Shown in pieces: positions 29,516 to 37,937 of a DNA stretch of 64,000 nt. Position numbers and translations under genes: made by a program. The stretch covers positions 52,383 to 116,382 of the forward strand of contig JBPOJJ010000003.1 of the NCBI GenBank assembly GCA_052033715.1, read 5' to 3'. The notes beneath the pieces were generated by a model, which had not been told where the DNA came from, ran no database searches, and worked only from the letters and a program-made list of their open reading frames with translations. Numbering within the stretch: the first letter of the stretch is position 1; the number at the start of each line of letters is the position of its first letter. The stretch comes from Patescibacteria group bacterium (GTDB taxonomy: Bacteria > Patescibacteriota > Minisyncoccia > Phycocordibacterales > CSBR16-119).

Positions 29516-30019
29516 ATGCAAACTCAAAGCTTCCATCGAAGTAAATACAATATCTGTTGGATCTCCGTACTGGTGATCTTTGTCGGTACGATTATTTATC
29601 CGATTAGTTTTGAGCGCGCAGATAAAAAAAGCCATACTCCTGTCGTCCAGTCTGTCACGCCGACTTTTTCGTTTCCGACAGTAGAAGTTACTCCAATAAG
29701 AAATTATCCAACCACTGTCAAAACTGAAACCATAAAACCGGTAACTTCATCCAAACTAATTTTTACTCGCGATCTGAAAATAGGGGACAAGGGCCCAGAC
29801 GTGAAAAAACTTCAGCAATATTTGAATCAGCGCGGATTTATCGTAGCAACCTCTGGTAATGGTTCTCCGGGACAAGAAAGTGAATTATTCGGTCCAGGAA
29901 CACAAAACGCACTCAAGCGTTTTCAGGAAAGTTATGCAGAGATACTTCTCAAGCCCTACGGATTATCAGAAGGGACGGGATTTTTCGGGGAAGTTACGCG
30001 AAAATTCGTTAATTCATAA
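29516..30019 (+). CDS. membrane-anchored protein with peptidoglycan-binding-like domain
   Basis: N-terminal TM; GDKGPDVKKLQQYLNQRGF...FGPGTQNALKRFQ. Confidence 0.7.
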   Translation: MQTQSFHRSKYNICWISVLVIFVGTIIYPISFERADKKSHTPVVQSVTPTFSFPTVEVTPIRNYPTTVKTETIKPVTSSKLIFTRDLKIGDKGPDVKKLQQYLNQRGFIVATSGNGSPGQESELFGPGTQNALKRFQESYAEILLKPYGLSEGTGFFGEVTRKFVNS

Positions 30020-30029
30020 AGATTATTTC

Positions 30030-31253
30030 ATGAAGGATTTTCTAAAAATTTTAGTTGTTATGTCGATAATCTGCCCGACATTTCTGTTGGCGCAGACACC
30101 CACTGTTCCAGACGCTCCTTTGAATTTACTGGGTCGTTCGGCAGCTAAAGAAATTTACGTTCAGTGGGATGTTCCATTAAGTGACGGCGGTTCAGCCATA
30201 GACGGATATAACTTAAATTACAGAGAAGGGAATAGCGGTGTCTGGATGTCGTCGTTTACAACACTGACAAACTATACACTATCGAGTTTGACACAGAACA
30301 CAGAGTATCAGATTTTTGTCACGGCGGTTAATATCGTAGGAGAAAGTCGGCCGTCGGAAACCATAAACATACAGCTTGGCCCGTTTGATGAAGAAGATAC
30401 GGTGTCCCCGGTTGTAGTTGGAGAGATTGTCGTATCAAATATTTCCAACGATGGAGCGACAATTACTTGGACCACAGACGAACCGACCACCTCGGCAATT
30501 TATTATGATGTTCATCGCGAAGATCAACATGGTCTTGTTATCGGTGCAACATTAACGACCGAACATCAGATTGATTTGTCGGGGCTGATTTCTTGCTCAG
30601 AGTATTTCTTTGTTGTTGGAGGAGAAGATGCGAGCGAAAATTTTTACACGAGTAGCGTAGAAGAATTTGAAACATCTGGTTGTGTTGGGCAAGTTACATC
30701 CCAGGATGTTGGAGATCTTGTTCCGCCAGATAGTGTGAATACGTTTTCTTTTGAAAATGCCAAAGTTGAAATCGTTGCTGGTCCTGGAATAGTCGATCGA
30801 GATGCTGTATTTCAAGTAAAAAGATTGAGTGTCTCTTCTGTTGACGGAGAAGTGGGTTGTCCAGTCGATGCAAAACCACTGGGAGAGAATATTTATGACA
30901 TAAAACTCTTAGATAATTATGATTCTGTGGCGAGTATTCGAGAACCCGTCACCGTAACGATAGATTATGGCGATGAGGACATAGATAATATAAAAGAAGA
31001 AAGCTTGTCACTCTATCATTATGCCGAAGGTGTGGGTTGGCAAAAACTAAATTCTTGCTCGGTAAACAAAGAAGAGAAAAAAATAACTTGTGAGGTTCAG
31101 AATTTCTCAAAATTTATGGTTGCCGTAGAAGAAAATTGTGATTCAGAACAAAATAACTGGTTTTTTTCTAAATTTGATTCGTTTTTTTCCAAAATAGACC
31201 ATAAAATAAAGACTTTTTTCTGGGGAAAGATAATGGGCATGAAGGTATTTTAG
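30030..31253 (+). CDS. secreted fibronectin-type-III repeat protein
   Basis: Signal peptide MKDFLKILVVMSIICPTFLLAQT; FN3-like segments (PDAPLNL...YQIFVTAVN; ATITWTTDEPTTSAIYY); start reassigned from overlapping ORF. Confidence 0.75.
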   Translation: MKDFLKILVVMSIICPTFLLAQTPTVPDAPLNLLGRSAAKEIYVQWDVPLSDGGSAIDGYNLNYREGNSGVWMSSFTTLTNYTLSSLTQNTEYQIFVTAVNIVGESRPSETINIQLGPFDEEDTVSPVVVGEIVVSNISNDGATITWTTDEPTTSAIYYDVHREDQHGLVIGATLTTEHQIDLSGLISCSEYFFVVGGEDASENFYTSSVEEFETSGCVGQVTSQDVGDLVPPDSVNTFSFENAKVEIVAGPGIVDRDAVFQVKRLSVSSVDGEVGCPVDAKPLGENIYDIKLLDNYDSVASIREPVTVTIDYGDEDIDNIKEESLSLYHYAEGVGWQKLNSCSVNKEEKKITCEVQNFSKFMVAVEENCDSEQNNWFFSKFDSFFSKIDHKIKTFFWGKIMGMKVF

Positions 31254-31287
31254 TCCTTGATTTTTAAATCTTTCATGTTATAATATA

Positions 31288-32352
31288 GTGGTGAAAAAAA
31301 CCTTAAAGAAATATTTTATCCCACACGCGGAGAATGAACACAAACCGCATATTTTGCGCGAACGCGCCGTTTTGTCGATAGCACTTGTCGTCGTCGTGCT
31401 CTTTGCGGCCTCAGTCCTCGGTACTTATGCGGTAAAAAATATAAAATTTTTGGCCGCCATCCAATCAGCTTTTCTTGTCGATCTGGCCAATGAAGACCGT
31501 GCCGATCTTGGCCTCAAACAACTTGCCATAAACGATAAACTTGTAAATGCCGCTACCCTCAAAGCCGCCGACATGGCCGAAAAAAGTTATTTTGCACACA
31601 TCAGTCCAGAAGGTAGAACGCCTTGGTACTGGATTCAGCAAGCTGGCTACACATACATTTATGCCGGCGAAAATTTGGCTGTGAATTTCGATGACTCGGA
31701 AGATGTCGAGCGCGCTTGGATGAATTCACCTACTCACAAGGCGAACATTTTAAATAATAGATACACCGAAATCGGCATCTCGACCGCCGTTGGAACCTAT
31801 AAGGGCAAAAAGACAACTTTTGTCGTCCAGATGTTTGGTACCCCGAGGAAATCAGTGATCAGTAATATTGAAACAAGCTTATCTCCGAGGGTTGCCGAGG
31901 CCTCAGAGACTAGACCCGCAATAAACCCTGAAAGCAACACCGCTTCTATAGTGGTCGTAAAGGTTCCGGAAGAAGAACCTGTTCCAGAAGCTATTGTCAC
32001 GGCCCAGGAAGCTACTTCTGTAGAGGAAGGAAATTTTATGTCTTTCACCAATCCAGAAGTATCTCCCGAAGAACTTGCTCAAGTCGAAGAAGTGGATAGT
32101 ACCGATCAAAAAGTAACTTATACTAATTGGTTCGAGCGCGTCCTTGTGTCGCCTTCGGTTGTAGTTAAAAATATCTATTTCGTTCTTGTCGCCCTCATAA
32201 TTTTCTCTCTGATATTGAAAATATTTATCGAGATTCGTCTTCAACATCCAAGGAATATTGCTTATGGAGTAATACTACTTGCCATAATACTAATTTTTAT
32301 GTATTTAAATTCTAGCGTGGGACCCGCTACCACCATTGTCGTCGCATCTTAG
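31288..32352 (+). CDS. CAP/SCP (YkwD-like) domain protein with N- and C-terminal TM helices (GTG start)
   Basis: YFAHISPEG...AWMNSPTHKANILNNRYTEIGIS CAP signature. Confidence 0.75.
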   Translation: MVKKTLKKYFIPHAENEHKPHILRERAVLSIALVVVVLFAASVLGTYAVKNIKFLAAIQSAFLVDLANEDRADLGLKQLAINDKLVNAATLKAADMAEKSYFAHISPEGRTPWYWIQQAGYTYIYAGENLAVNFDDSEDVERAWMNSPTHKANILNNRYTEIGISTAVGTYKGKKTTFVVQMFGTPRKSVISNIETSLSPRVAEASETRPAINPESNTASIVVVKVPEEEPVPEAIVTAQEATSVEEGNFMSFTNPEVSPEELAQVEEVDSTDQKVTYTNWFERVLVSPSVVVKNIYFVLVALIIFSLILKIFIEIRLQHPRNIAYGVILLAIILIFMYLNSSVGPATTIVVAS

Positions 32353-32479
32353 GATAATTGAAATAAGGCCTTGTTTTTTGCGTCATAAGGGGTAGACTAG
32401 TAATGATTTTATTGGTCTTTTTAAGGGCCAATTTTAAGGGGTTTTACTAAGTAGATTATCATTAAAAAATAAGAACATT

Positions 32480-33886
32480 ATGAAAAATATTTTATCAAAA
32501 GGTTTTGGGGTATTGGTTATGTTTGCGATGACTTTCAACGTCGCCTTGGCCACACCCTCTTCGCAAATTACTATTTGTCATTTTCCACCAGGAAATCCTA
32601 ATAATCCGCAGACGATAACCATAAGCGCTAATTCCTGGAACGCGCATCAGTCGCACGGTGATTATCAGGGAGAATGCGAGGGGGAAGAAAATATTCCGGT
32701 TTGTGATATCGAAGAAAATTTGATTTACAACGGTGGTTTCGAGTCTCCGGTCGTAACGGCTGGTCAGGGCTGGGATGTTTATCCAAACGGCACTGCTGGA
32801 CTTGGATGGAGTGTCGCTTGGAACGGGGTTTTTGCTGGTGCACCGGCCGTAGCAAATCTTGAACTTCATCGGGGGGTGAATGCTTGGGTGCATGATGAGG
32901 GTATGCAGCATGCAGAACTTGATACTGACTGGGTTGCCGGAGGTTCAGAACAAGCATCAGTTGTAATTTCTCAAGACATCGCAACGATACCCGGAGCAAC
33001 ATATGAATTGTCTTATGCATTCTCTCCACGACCAGGAACCGGAGCCGCAGAAAATGTTTTAGAAGTTTTGGTTGATGGATCACTCGTCCAAACCCAAGGT
33101 CCTGTTGCTGGAGGAGGAAATACATCTTGGACAACACATACTTACAATTTTGTTGCAGATGGTTCGACAACAACGATTGCTCTACGAGATGCCGGAACAC
33201 CGAATACACTTGGAACTTTCCTTGACGACGTTTCTGTTCGATGTGTCGAAGAACCAGAAGAATGCGAATTGTTGTATGCTCGCATTAGAACTGCTGAACG
33301 TGGGTGGTGGAACAATTGGGGGACTGGAAATTTGGGCGCCTGGAATACAAAGGGTGTAGCCAATCCTCCGGTTTATGTTGGAGGAAATAATCTTCTACAC
33401 AATTCTCTTGGCGGAGACGGTTACACATCACAAGAATGGTTCCCGCTCGTCGATGAAGAAACTTGTGAAGCAATTGTTGATGAAGAATTCAACTTTGACC
33501 TTCCTGGTCTTGCCGTTCAAAGACTTGACGGATCACTTCGAGTTGTCCTTTACGGATCACATGACGCTGGTGAAGATCCAGCACGTCTTCTGAATCGAGA
33601 GTTCGCAAGAGGATACATTGAACTTTCAAAAGACATGGTTACGAAATTGACGGGGGCATGGGACAAGTCAAACGGTTGGGTTGATCCAGTGGATACCTAC
33701 ACTCGTATTCATGATCCTCTTGTAAATGATGCTGCTAATCCAATGGATGCACGCGGTTCATTTAATGGCTCTATTCACATACACCATCCACTCTATGATA
33801 ATGTAAAGGTTTTGGGCGATTTGTTTAGATTCCATCTCGTTGTTACTACTGGAAATGATGGATTCTACGCAAAATACAATAACTAA
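32480..33886 (+). CDS. secreted protein paralogous to the N-terminal half of the 26762 gene product (Cys/His module plus jelly-roll-like domain)
   Basis: Signal peptide; ITICHFPPGNPNNP...H..HGD; LIYNGGFESPV...FLDDVSVRCVEE. Confidence 0.8.
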   Translation: MKNILSKGFGVLVMFAMTFNVALATPSSQITICHFPPGNPNNPQTITISANSWNAHQSHGDYQGECEGEENIPVCDIEENLIYNGGFESPVVTAGQGWDVYPNGTAGLGWSVAWNGVFAGAPAVANLELHRGVNAWVHDEGMQHAELDTDWVAGGSEQASVVISQDIATIPGATYELSYAFSPRPGTGAAENVLEVLVDGSLVQTQGPVAGGGNTSWTTHTYNFVADGSTTTIALRDAGTPNTLGTFLDDVSVRCVEEPEECELLYARIRTAERGWWNNWGTGNLGAWNTKGVANPPVYVGGNNLLHNSLGGDGYTSQEWFPLVDEETCEAIVDEEFNFDLPGLAVQRLDGSLRVVLYGSHDAGEDPARLLNREFARGYIELSKDMVTKLTGAWDKSNGWVDPVDTYTRIHDPLVNDAANPMDARGSFNGSIHIHHPLYDNVKVLGDLFRFHLVVTTGNDGFYAKYNN

Positions 33887-33904
33887 TACCTAAAGTTATG
33901 CTAA

Positions 33905-33935
33905 AAACTCCGGCCCTGGTCGGGGTTTTTAGTTT
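33905..33935 (+). terminator. candidate terminator
   Basis: ctccggccctggtcgggg imperfect hairpin followed by ttttt. Confidence 0.4.
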
Positions 33936-33970
33936 TGGAAAAAGCCTTATTTTGCGGTATTATCTAGGCT

Positions 33971-35794
33971 ATGGCAGATACTTACGACCACAAATCCATC
34001 GAAGCTAAATGGCGAGAAATATGGGCCAAAGACGGGATTTACAAGACTTCCGAATCTTTCTCCAAACCTAAAAAATATGTTCTTGATATGTACCCTTATC
34101 CGTCCGGAGAGGGTCTTCATGTCGGTCATCCAAAAGGCTATATTGCTACCGACGTTTACGCGCGAATGTCGCGTATGCAGGGCTTTAATGTTCTTCATCC
34201 AATGGGCTGGGATGCCTTTGGACTTCCAGCCGAACAATTTGCGCTCAAAAATAAGGTACATCCGAAAATTTCTGTTGCCAAAAATATTGCACGTTACAAA
34301 GAACAGCTTCAAATGGTTGGGCTTGATTACGATTGGTCGCGAGAGATAAATACAACGGATTCGGAATATTATAAATGGACACAATGGTGTTTCGTCAAAA
34401 TGTTTGAAAAAGGTTTAGTCTATCAGTCTAATGAACCGATTAATTGGTGTCCTTCTTGTAAAACCGGTCTTGCAAACGAAGACTTAGAGGATGGTAAATG
34501 TGAACGATGCGGATCAGAAATTGAACAGAAGCCTTTGGCCCAGTGGGTTATTCGCATCACCGATTATCGTGATCGCTTGGTTGAAGATTTAAATTTACTT
34601 CCAAAATGGCCGGAGTATGTTAAAACAAGCCAGAAAAATTGGTTGGCCAATCTTCGCGACTGGGTTTTTGCCAGACAGCGTTATTGGGGTGAGCCAATAC
34701 CCCTTATTCACTGTGAGAAATGTGGAACTGTCGCCGTGCCAGAAAAAGATTTACCAGTCAGACTTCCAGAAGTTGTCAATTACGAACCAACTGGCACGGG
34801 CGAGTCGCCGCTTGCTGGGATAACAGATTGGGTGAATACAACTTGTCCGAAGTGTGACGGAGTAGCCAAGCGTGAGACAAACACGATGCCACAATGGGCG
34901 GGCAGTTCTTGGTATTACTTGCGTTACATGGATCCGAAAAATTCTGATGCCATTGTCGACAAAGAAAAAGAAAAATATTGGAACAGTGTTGATGTGTATG
35001 TCGGGGGCATGGAACACGCAACTAGACATCTCATATATGCTCGTTTTTGGCACAAATTCCTTTATGACATTGGAGTCGTGTCGACCAAAGAACCATTCGA
35101 GGAACTTCACACCGTAGGGCTTATCCAGGCCTCTGATGGACGCAAGATGTCCAAACGTTGGGGCAATGTTGTCAATCCAGACGAGATGGTGGAACGTTTT
35201 GGCGCCGACGCATTTCGACTTTATGAAATGTTTATGGGGCCATTTGAACAATCAGTTGCTTGGAATACCGATGGAGTCGTCGGCACAAAAAGATTTTTAG
35301 AGAGGGTTTGGAAGATGAGAGAAAATCTTAGTGACTCGAACGAGGAAAATCACACAAACCTTCAAAAGATGATAAAAAAAGTCGGTGAAGATATCGTTAA
35401 CTTCAAATTTAATACGGCCGTTTCAACCATGATGATTTTTTTAAATTCTTCATCCGATATTTCTGCTTTAGATTATAAAGATTTTATAAAAATTCTTGCA
35501 CCGTTTGCACCGCATTTGACCGAAGAAATCTGGTATGGGCTTGGCGAAACAGAATCAATTCACGTATCAGATTGGCCACGATACGACGAATCAAAAATCA
35601 AAGACGACAAAGTAAAAATCGTTATACAGGTTAATGGCAAGCTCCGTGACGAGATAGAAGTTGATGTTGGAACTTCTGAAGACGAGGTGAAAAGTCTTGT
35701 TTTAGCGCGAGAAAAAGTTGTAGAGAAAATCGCTGGAGCATCAATCAAGAAATTTATCTATATCGAGAACAAGCTCGCTAATATCGTCATCTAA
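33971..35794 (+). CDS. leuS: leucyl-tRNA synthetase, CP1 editing domain absent
   Basis: HVGH (GLHVGHPKGY), zinc knuckle, KMSKR; sequence runs from NWLANLRDW directly into FARQRYWGEPIP with no ~190-aa CP1 insert; 607 aa. Confidence 0.9.
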   Translation: MADTYDHKSIEAKWREIWAKDGIYKTSESFSKPKKYVLDMYPYPSGEGLHVGHPKGYIATDVYARMSRMQGFNVLHPMGWDAFGLPAEQFALKNKVHPKISVAKNIARYKEQLQMVGLDYDWSREINTTDSEYYKWTQWCFVKMFEKGLVYQSNEPINWCPSCKTGLANEDLEDGKCERCGSEIEQKPLAQWVIRITDYRDRLVEDLNLLPKWPEYVKTSQKNWLANLRDWVFARQRYWGEPIPLIHCEKCGTVAVPEKDLPVRLPEVVNYEPTGTGESPLAGITDWVNTTCPKCDGVAKRETNTMPQWAGSSWYYLRYMDPKNSDAIVDKEKEKYWNSVDVYVGGMEHATRHLIYARFWHKFLYDIGVVSTKEPFEELHTVGLIQASDGRKMSKRWGNVVNPDEMVERFGADAFRLYEMFMGPFEQSVAWNTDGVVGTKRFLERVWKMRENLSDSNEENHTNLQKMIKKVGEDIVNFKFNTAVSTMMIFLNSSSDISALDYKDFIKILAPFAPHLTEEIWYGLGETESIHVSDWPRYDESKIKDDKVKIVIQVNGKLRDEIEVDVGTSEDEVKSLVLAREKVVEKIAGASIKKFIYIENKLANIVI

Positions 35795-35796
35795 TC

Positions 35797-37521
35797 ATGG
35801 TCAAACGAGTTTTTAATCTTTTAAATCGCGAGTTCAAAAACATCAACCAGGCAGCGATAATTTTGGGGTTTTTCACGCTACTATCTCAGATTCTTGGGCT
35901 TGTCAGAGATAGATCTTTTGCGCACTTTCTTGGGCCATCATCAAGCCTGGACGTTTACTATGCGGCATTTAAAGTGCCAGATTTTATTTTTATGTCAGTG
36001 GCTTCGCTTGCCTCAGTTACTGTCATACTGCCGTTTTTGGTAGATAAACTCGGTGTTCGAGAAGATGGGGAACTAAACGGTAATTCTGTCGCAGCAAAAA
36101 AATTCTTAAGCGAAACATTCACCGTGTTTTTGATTGCGATGATTTTGGTTTCCATGGTCGCTTTTATCTTTATGCCAAGCCTAGTCAAACTTGTGGCGCC
36201 TGGATTTTCTGGTGCGGAACTTAAAGACCTGGTGATGCTAAGTCGCATCATGGTGCTCTCTCCCATATTTTTAGGACTTTCAAATCTATTTGGTTCGGTC
36301 ACGCAAATGTTCAAAAAGTTTTTCGTCTTTGCCCTTAGTCCTTTGTTCTATAACTTGGGAATTATTCTGGGAGTAATTATCTTCTATCCAATTTTTGGAC
36401 TTCCTGGACTTGCTTATGGAGTTGTTTTGGGCGCCCTTTTGCATCTTTTTATCCAATTTCCGGTATTGGCTAAACAGGGATTTTTGCCGAAAATTTCTTT
36501 AAAGATTTCTTGGAAAGACCTGCGAGAGATGGTTGTGATTTCTCTCCCGAGAACCATTGGATTGTCGCTGTCAACACTTTCTCTTATCGCGATCGTAGCC
36601 ATTGCTTCGCTTATTGGAACTGGTTCAATTTCCATTTTCCAGTTCTCATTAAATCTCCAAAACGTACCGCTCGGTATCATCGGTATTTCGTATTCGGTTG
36701 CGGCTTTTCCGACGCTCGCTCGGTTTTTCTCCTCTGATCGGATCAAAGATTTCGTCGAGTATATTGCTGTGGCAGCCAGACAAATAATGTTCTGGTCCCT
36801 TCCGGTGATGTTTCTTTTTATCGTCTTACGTGCCCAAATCGTGCGTGTCATTTTAGGAACTGGTAATTTCTCTTGGGACGATACCCGTTTGGTTGCAGCC
36901 TCGCTTGCGCTTTTCGCCATCTCCATTACGGCTCAGAGTCTGATCCTACTTTTCACTCGTGGGTATTACGCGGCAGGCAATACCAAGCGTCCACTTTTTA
37001 TAAATTTTTTCTCTACCGCCGTAACAATTGTCTGCGCTTTTTGGTTCGTCGATATTTTTCGAACAATTCCTACTATTCAATATTTCTTTGAGTCACTTTT
37101 ACGTATTGAAAATATTAAACATGCGGAGATTGTAATGCTTCCGCTCGCATATTCTGTCGGCGCAATTTTAAATGCCTTCTTGCTTTGGTTTTATTTCCGT
37201 CGGGACTTCAAGATCGAAAACAAAAAAGAGTCTTTCTTGGCTAAATCTTTTTTTCAGAGTTTCGTGGCGGCGTTTTTCGTTGGAGATATTGCCTACGTAT
37301 TTCTTGGGGTGTTCGATAATGTTTTTGATATAAATAAATTCTGGGGTATTTTGGGTCAAGGATTTTTTGCTGGAATTATCGGAATTTTCGCCGGATATAT
37401 AATTCTCAAAGTTTTGGATAACGAACAGATTGAGCAAATAGAAAAAGCTTTCAAGATAAAGAGATTCTGGAAAACCGACGTTGTTAAAGAAAGCGAGGAT
37501 GAACTCCACACCTTGTCATAA
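35797..37521 (+). CDS. murJ: lipid II flippase MurJ/MviN
   Basis: 14-TM profile; MurJ N-terminal LLSQILGLVRDRSFAHFLG. Confidence 0.88.
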   Translation: MVKRVFNLLNREFKNINQAAIILGFFTLLSQILGLVRDRSFAHFLGPSSSLDVYYAAFKVPDFIFMSVASLASVTVILPFLVDKLGVREDGELNGNSVAAKKFLSETFTVFLIAMILVSMVAFIFMPSLVKLVAPGFSGAELKDLVMLSRIMVLSPIFLGLSNLFGSVTQMFKKFFVFALSPLFYNLGIILGVIIFYPIFGLPGLAYGVVLGALLHLFIQFPVLAKQGFLPKISLKISWKDLREMVVISLPRTIGLSLSTLSLIAIVAIASLIGTGSISIFQFSLNLQNVPLGIIGISYSVAAFPTLARFFSSDRIKDFVEYIAVAARQIMFWSLPVMFLFIVLRAQIVRVILGTGNFSWDDTRLVAASLALFAISITAQSLILLFTRGYYAAGNTKRPLFINFFSTAVTIVCAFWFVDIFRTIPTIQYFFESLLRIENIKHAEIVMLPLAYSVGAILNAFLLWFYFRRDFKIENKKESFLAKSFFQSFVAAFFVGDIAYVFLGVFDNVFDINKFWGILGQGFFAGIIGIFAGYIILKVLDNEQIEQIEKAFKIKRFWKTDVVKESEDELHTLS

Positions 37522-37599
37522 AATACAAAAACCACACGGGTGTGCGGGTCGTACATAATCAAATCATGAATTCGCGAGTTCTCCAACAAAGAAACGGGT

Positions 37600-37900
37600 T
37601 TTGGTCTCCGATCGAGTCCAGGTTTTTTAGACCAGGACCGACCGGAGACCACCAAACCCCCAAGGAGGCTACTGTCCAGGTACCCCTTGGAAGAGAATCG
37701 CCAAACAAATAGACAGAGATTTGGGCACATCTTTTGCCCGTTGTCTCACCTATTTTGTTTGGCAACGCGTTAGATCAATGTTATTCCGGCTCGCAAGGAG
37801 CACAGCGTCGAGGTAGGGAGGGCAAGCTACTGCTTTTGGGCGTTTCCTGCCTTTGGGCCTAGTGGTCCTCGAGCTGTGTCCCTGCGAGGGGCCGGTTCTT
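37600..37900. ncRNA. candidate structured RNA region in the convergent murJ/topA spacer (identity unresolved)
   Basis: GC-rich (~55%) 415 bp spacer; ggtctccg...cggagacc, ccaagg...ccttgg, and a long imperfect inverted repeat 37789-37812 / 37866-37890. Confidence 0.2.
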
Positions 37901-37937
37901 CATTTGGTAGTCTATAACACCCATGCTTGGTTGTCAA

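Noticed and set aside
19077-33950. Intact integrative element or prophage downstream of tRNA-Ala
   Set aside because: Despite att-like repeats, no integrase, recombinase, excisionase or phage structural genes are present; only surface proteins. At most a relic or integration hot-spot.
15065-37565. Shared ccacacgg...cgggt motif downstream of uvrA (15081-15108) and murJ (37541-37560)
   Set aside because: Similarity is short and degenerate and only two instances; likely coincidental terminator-like sequences.
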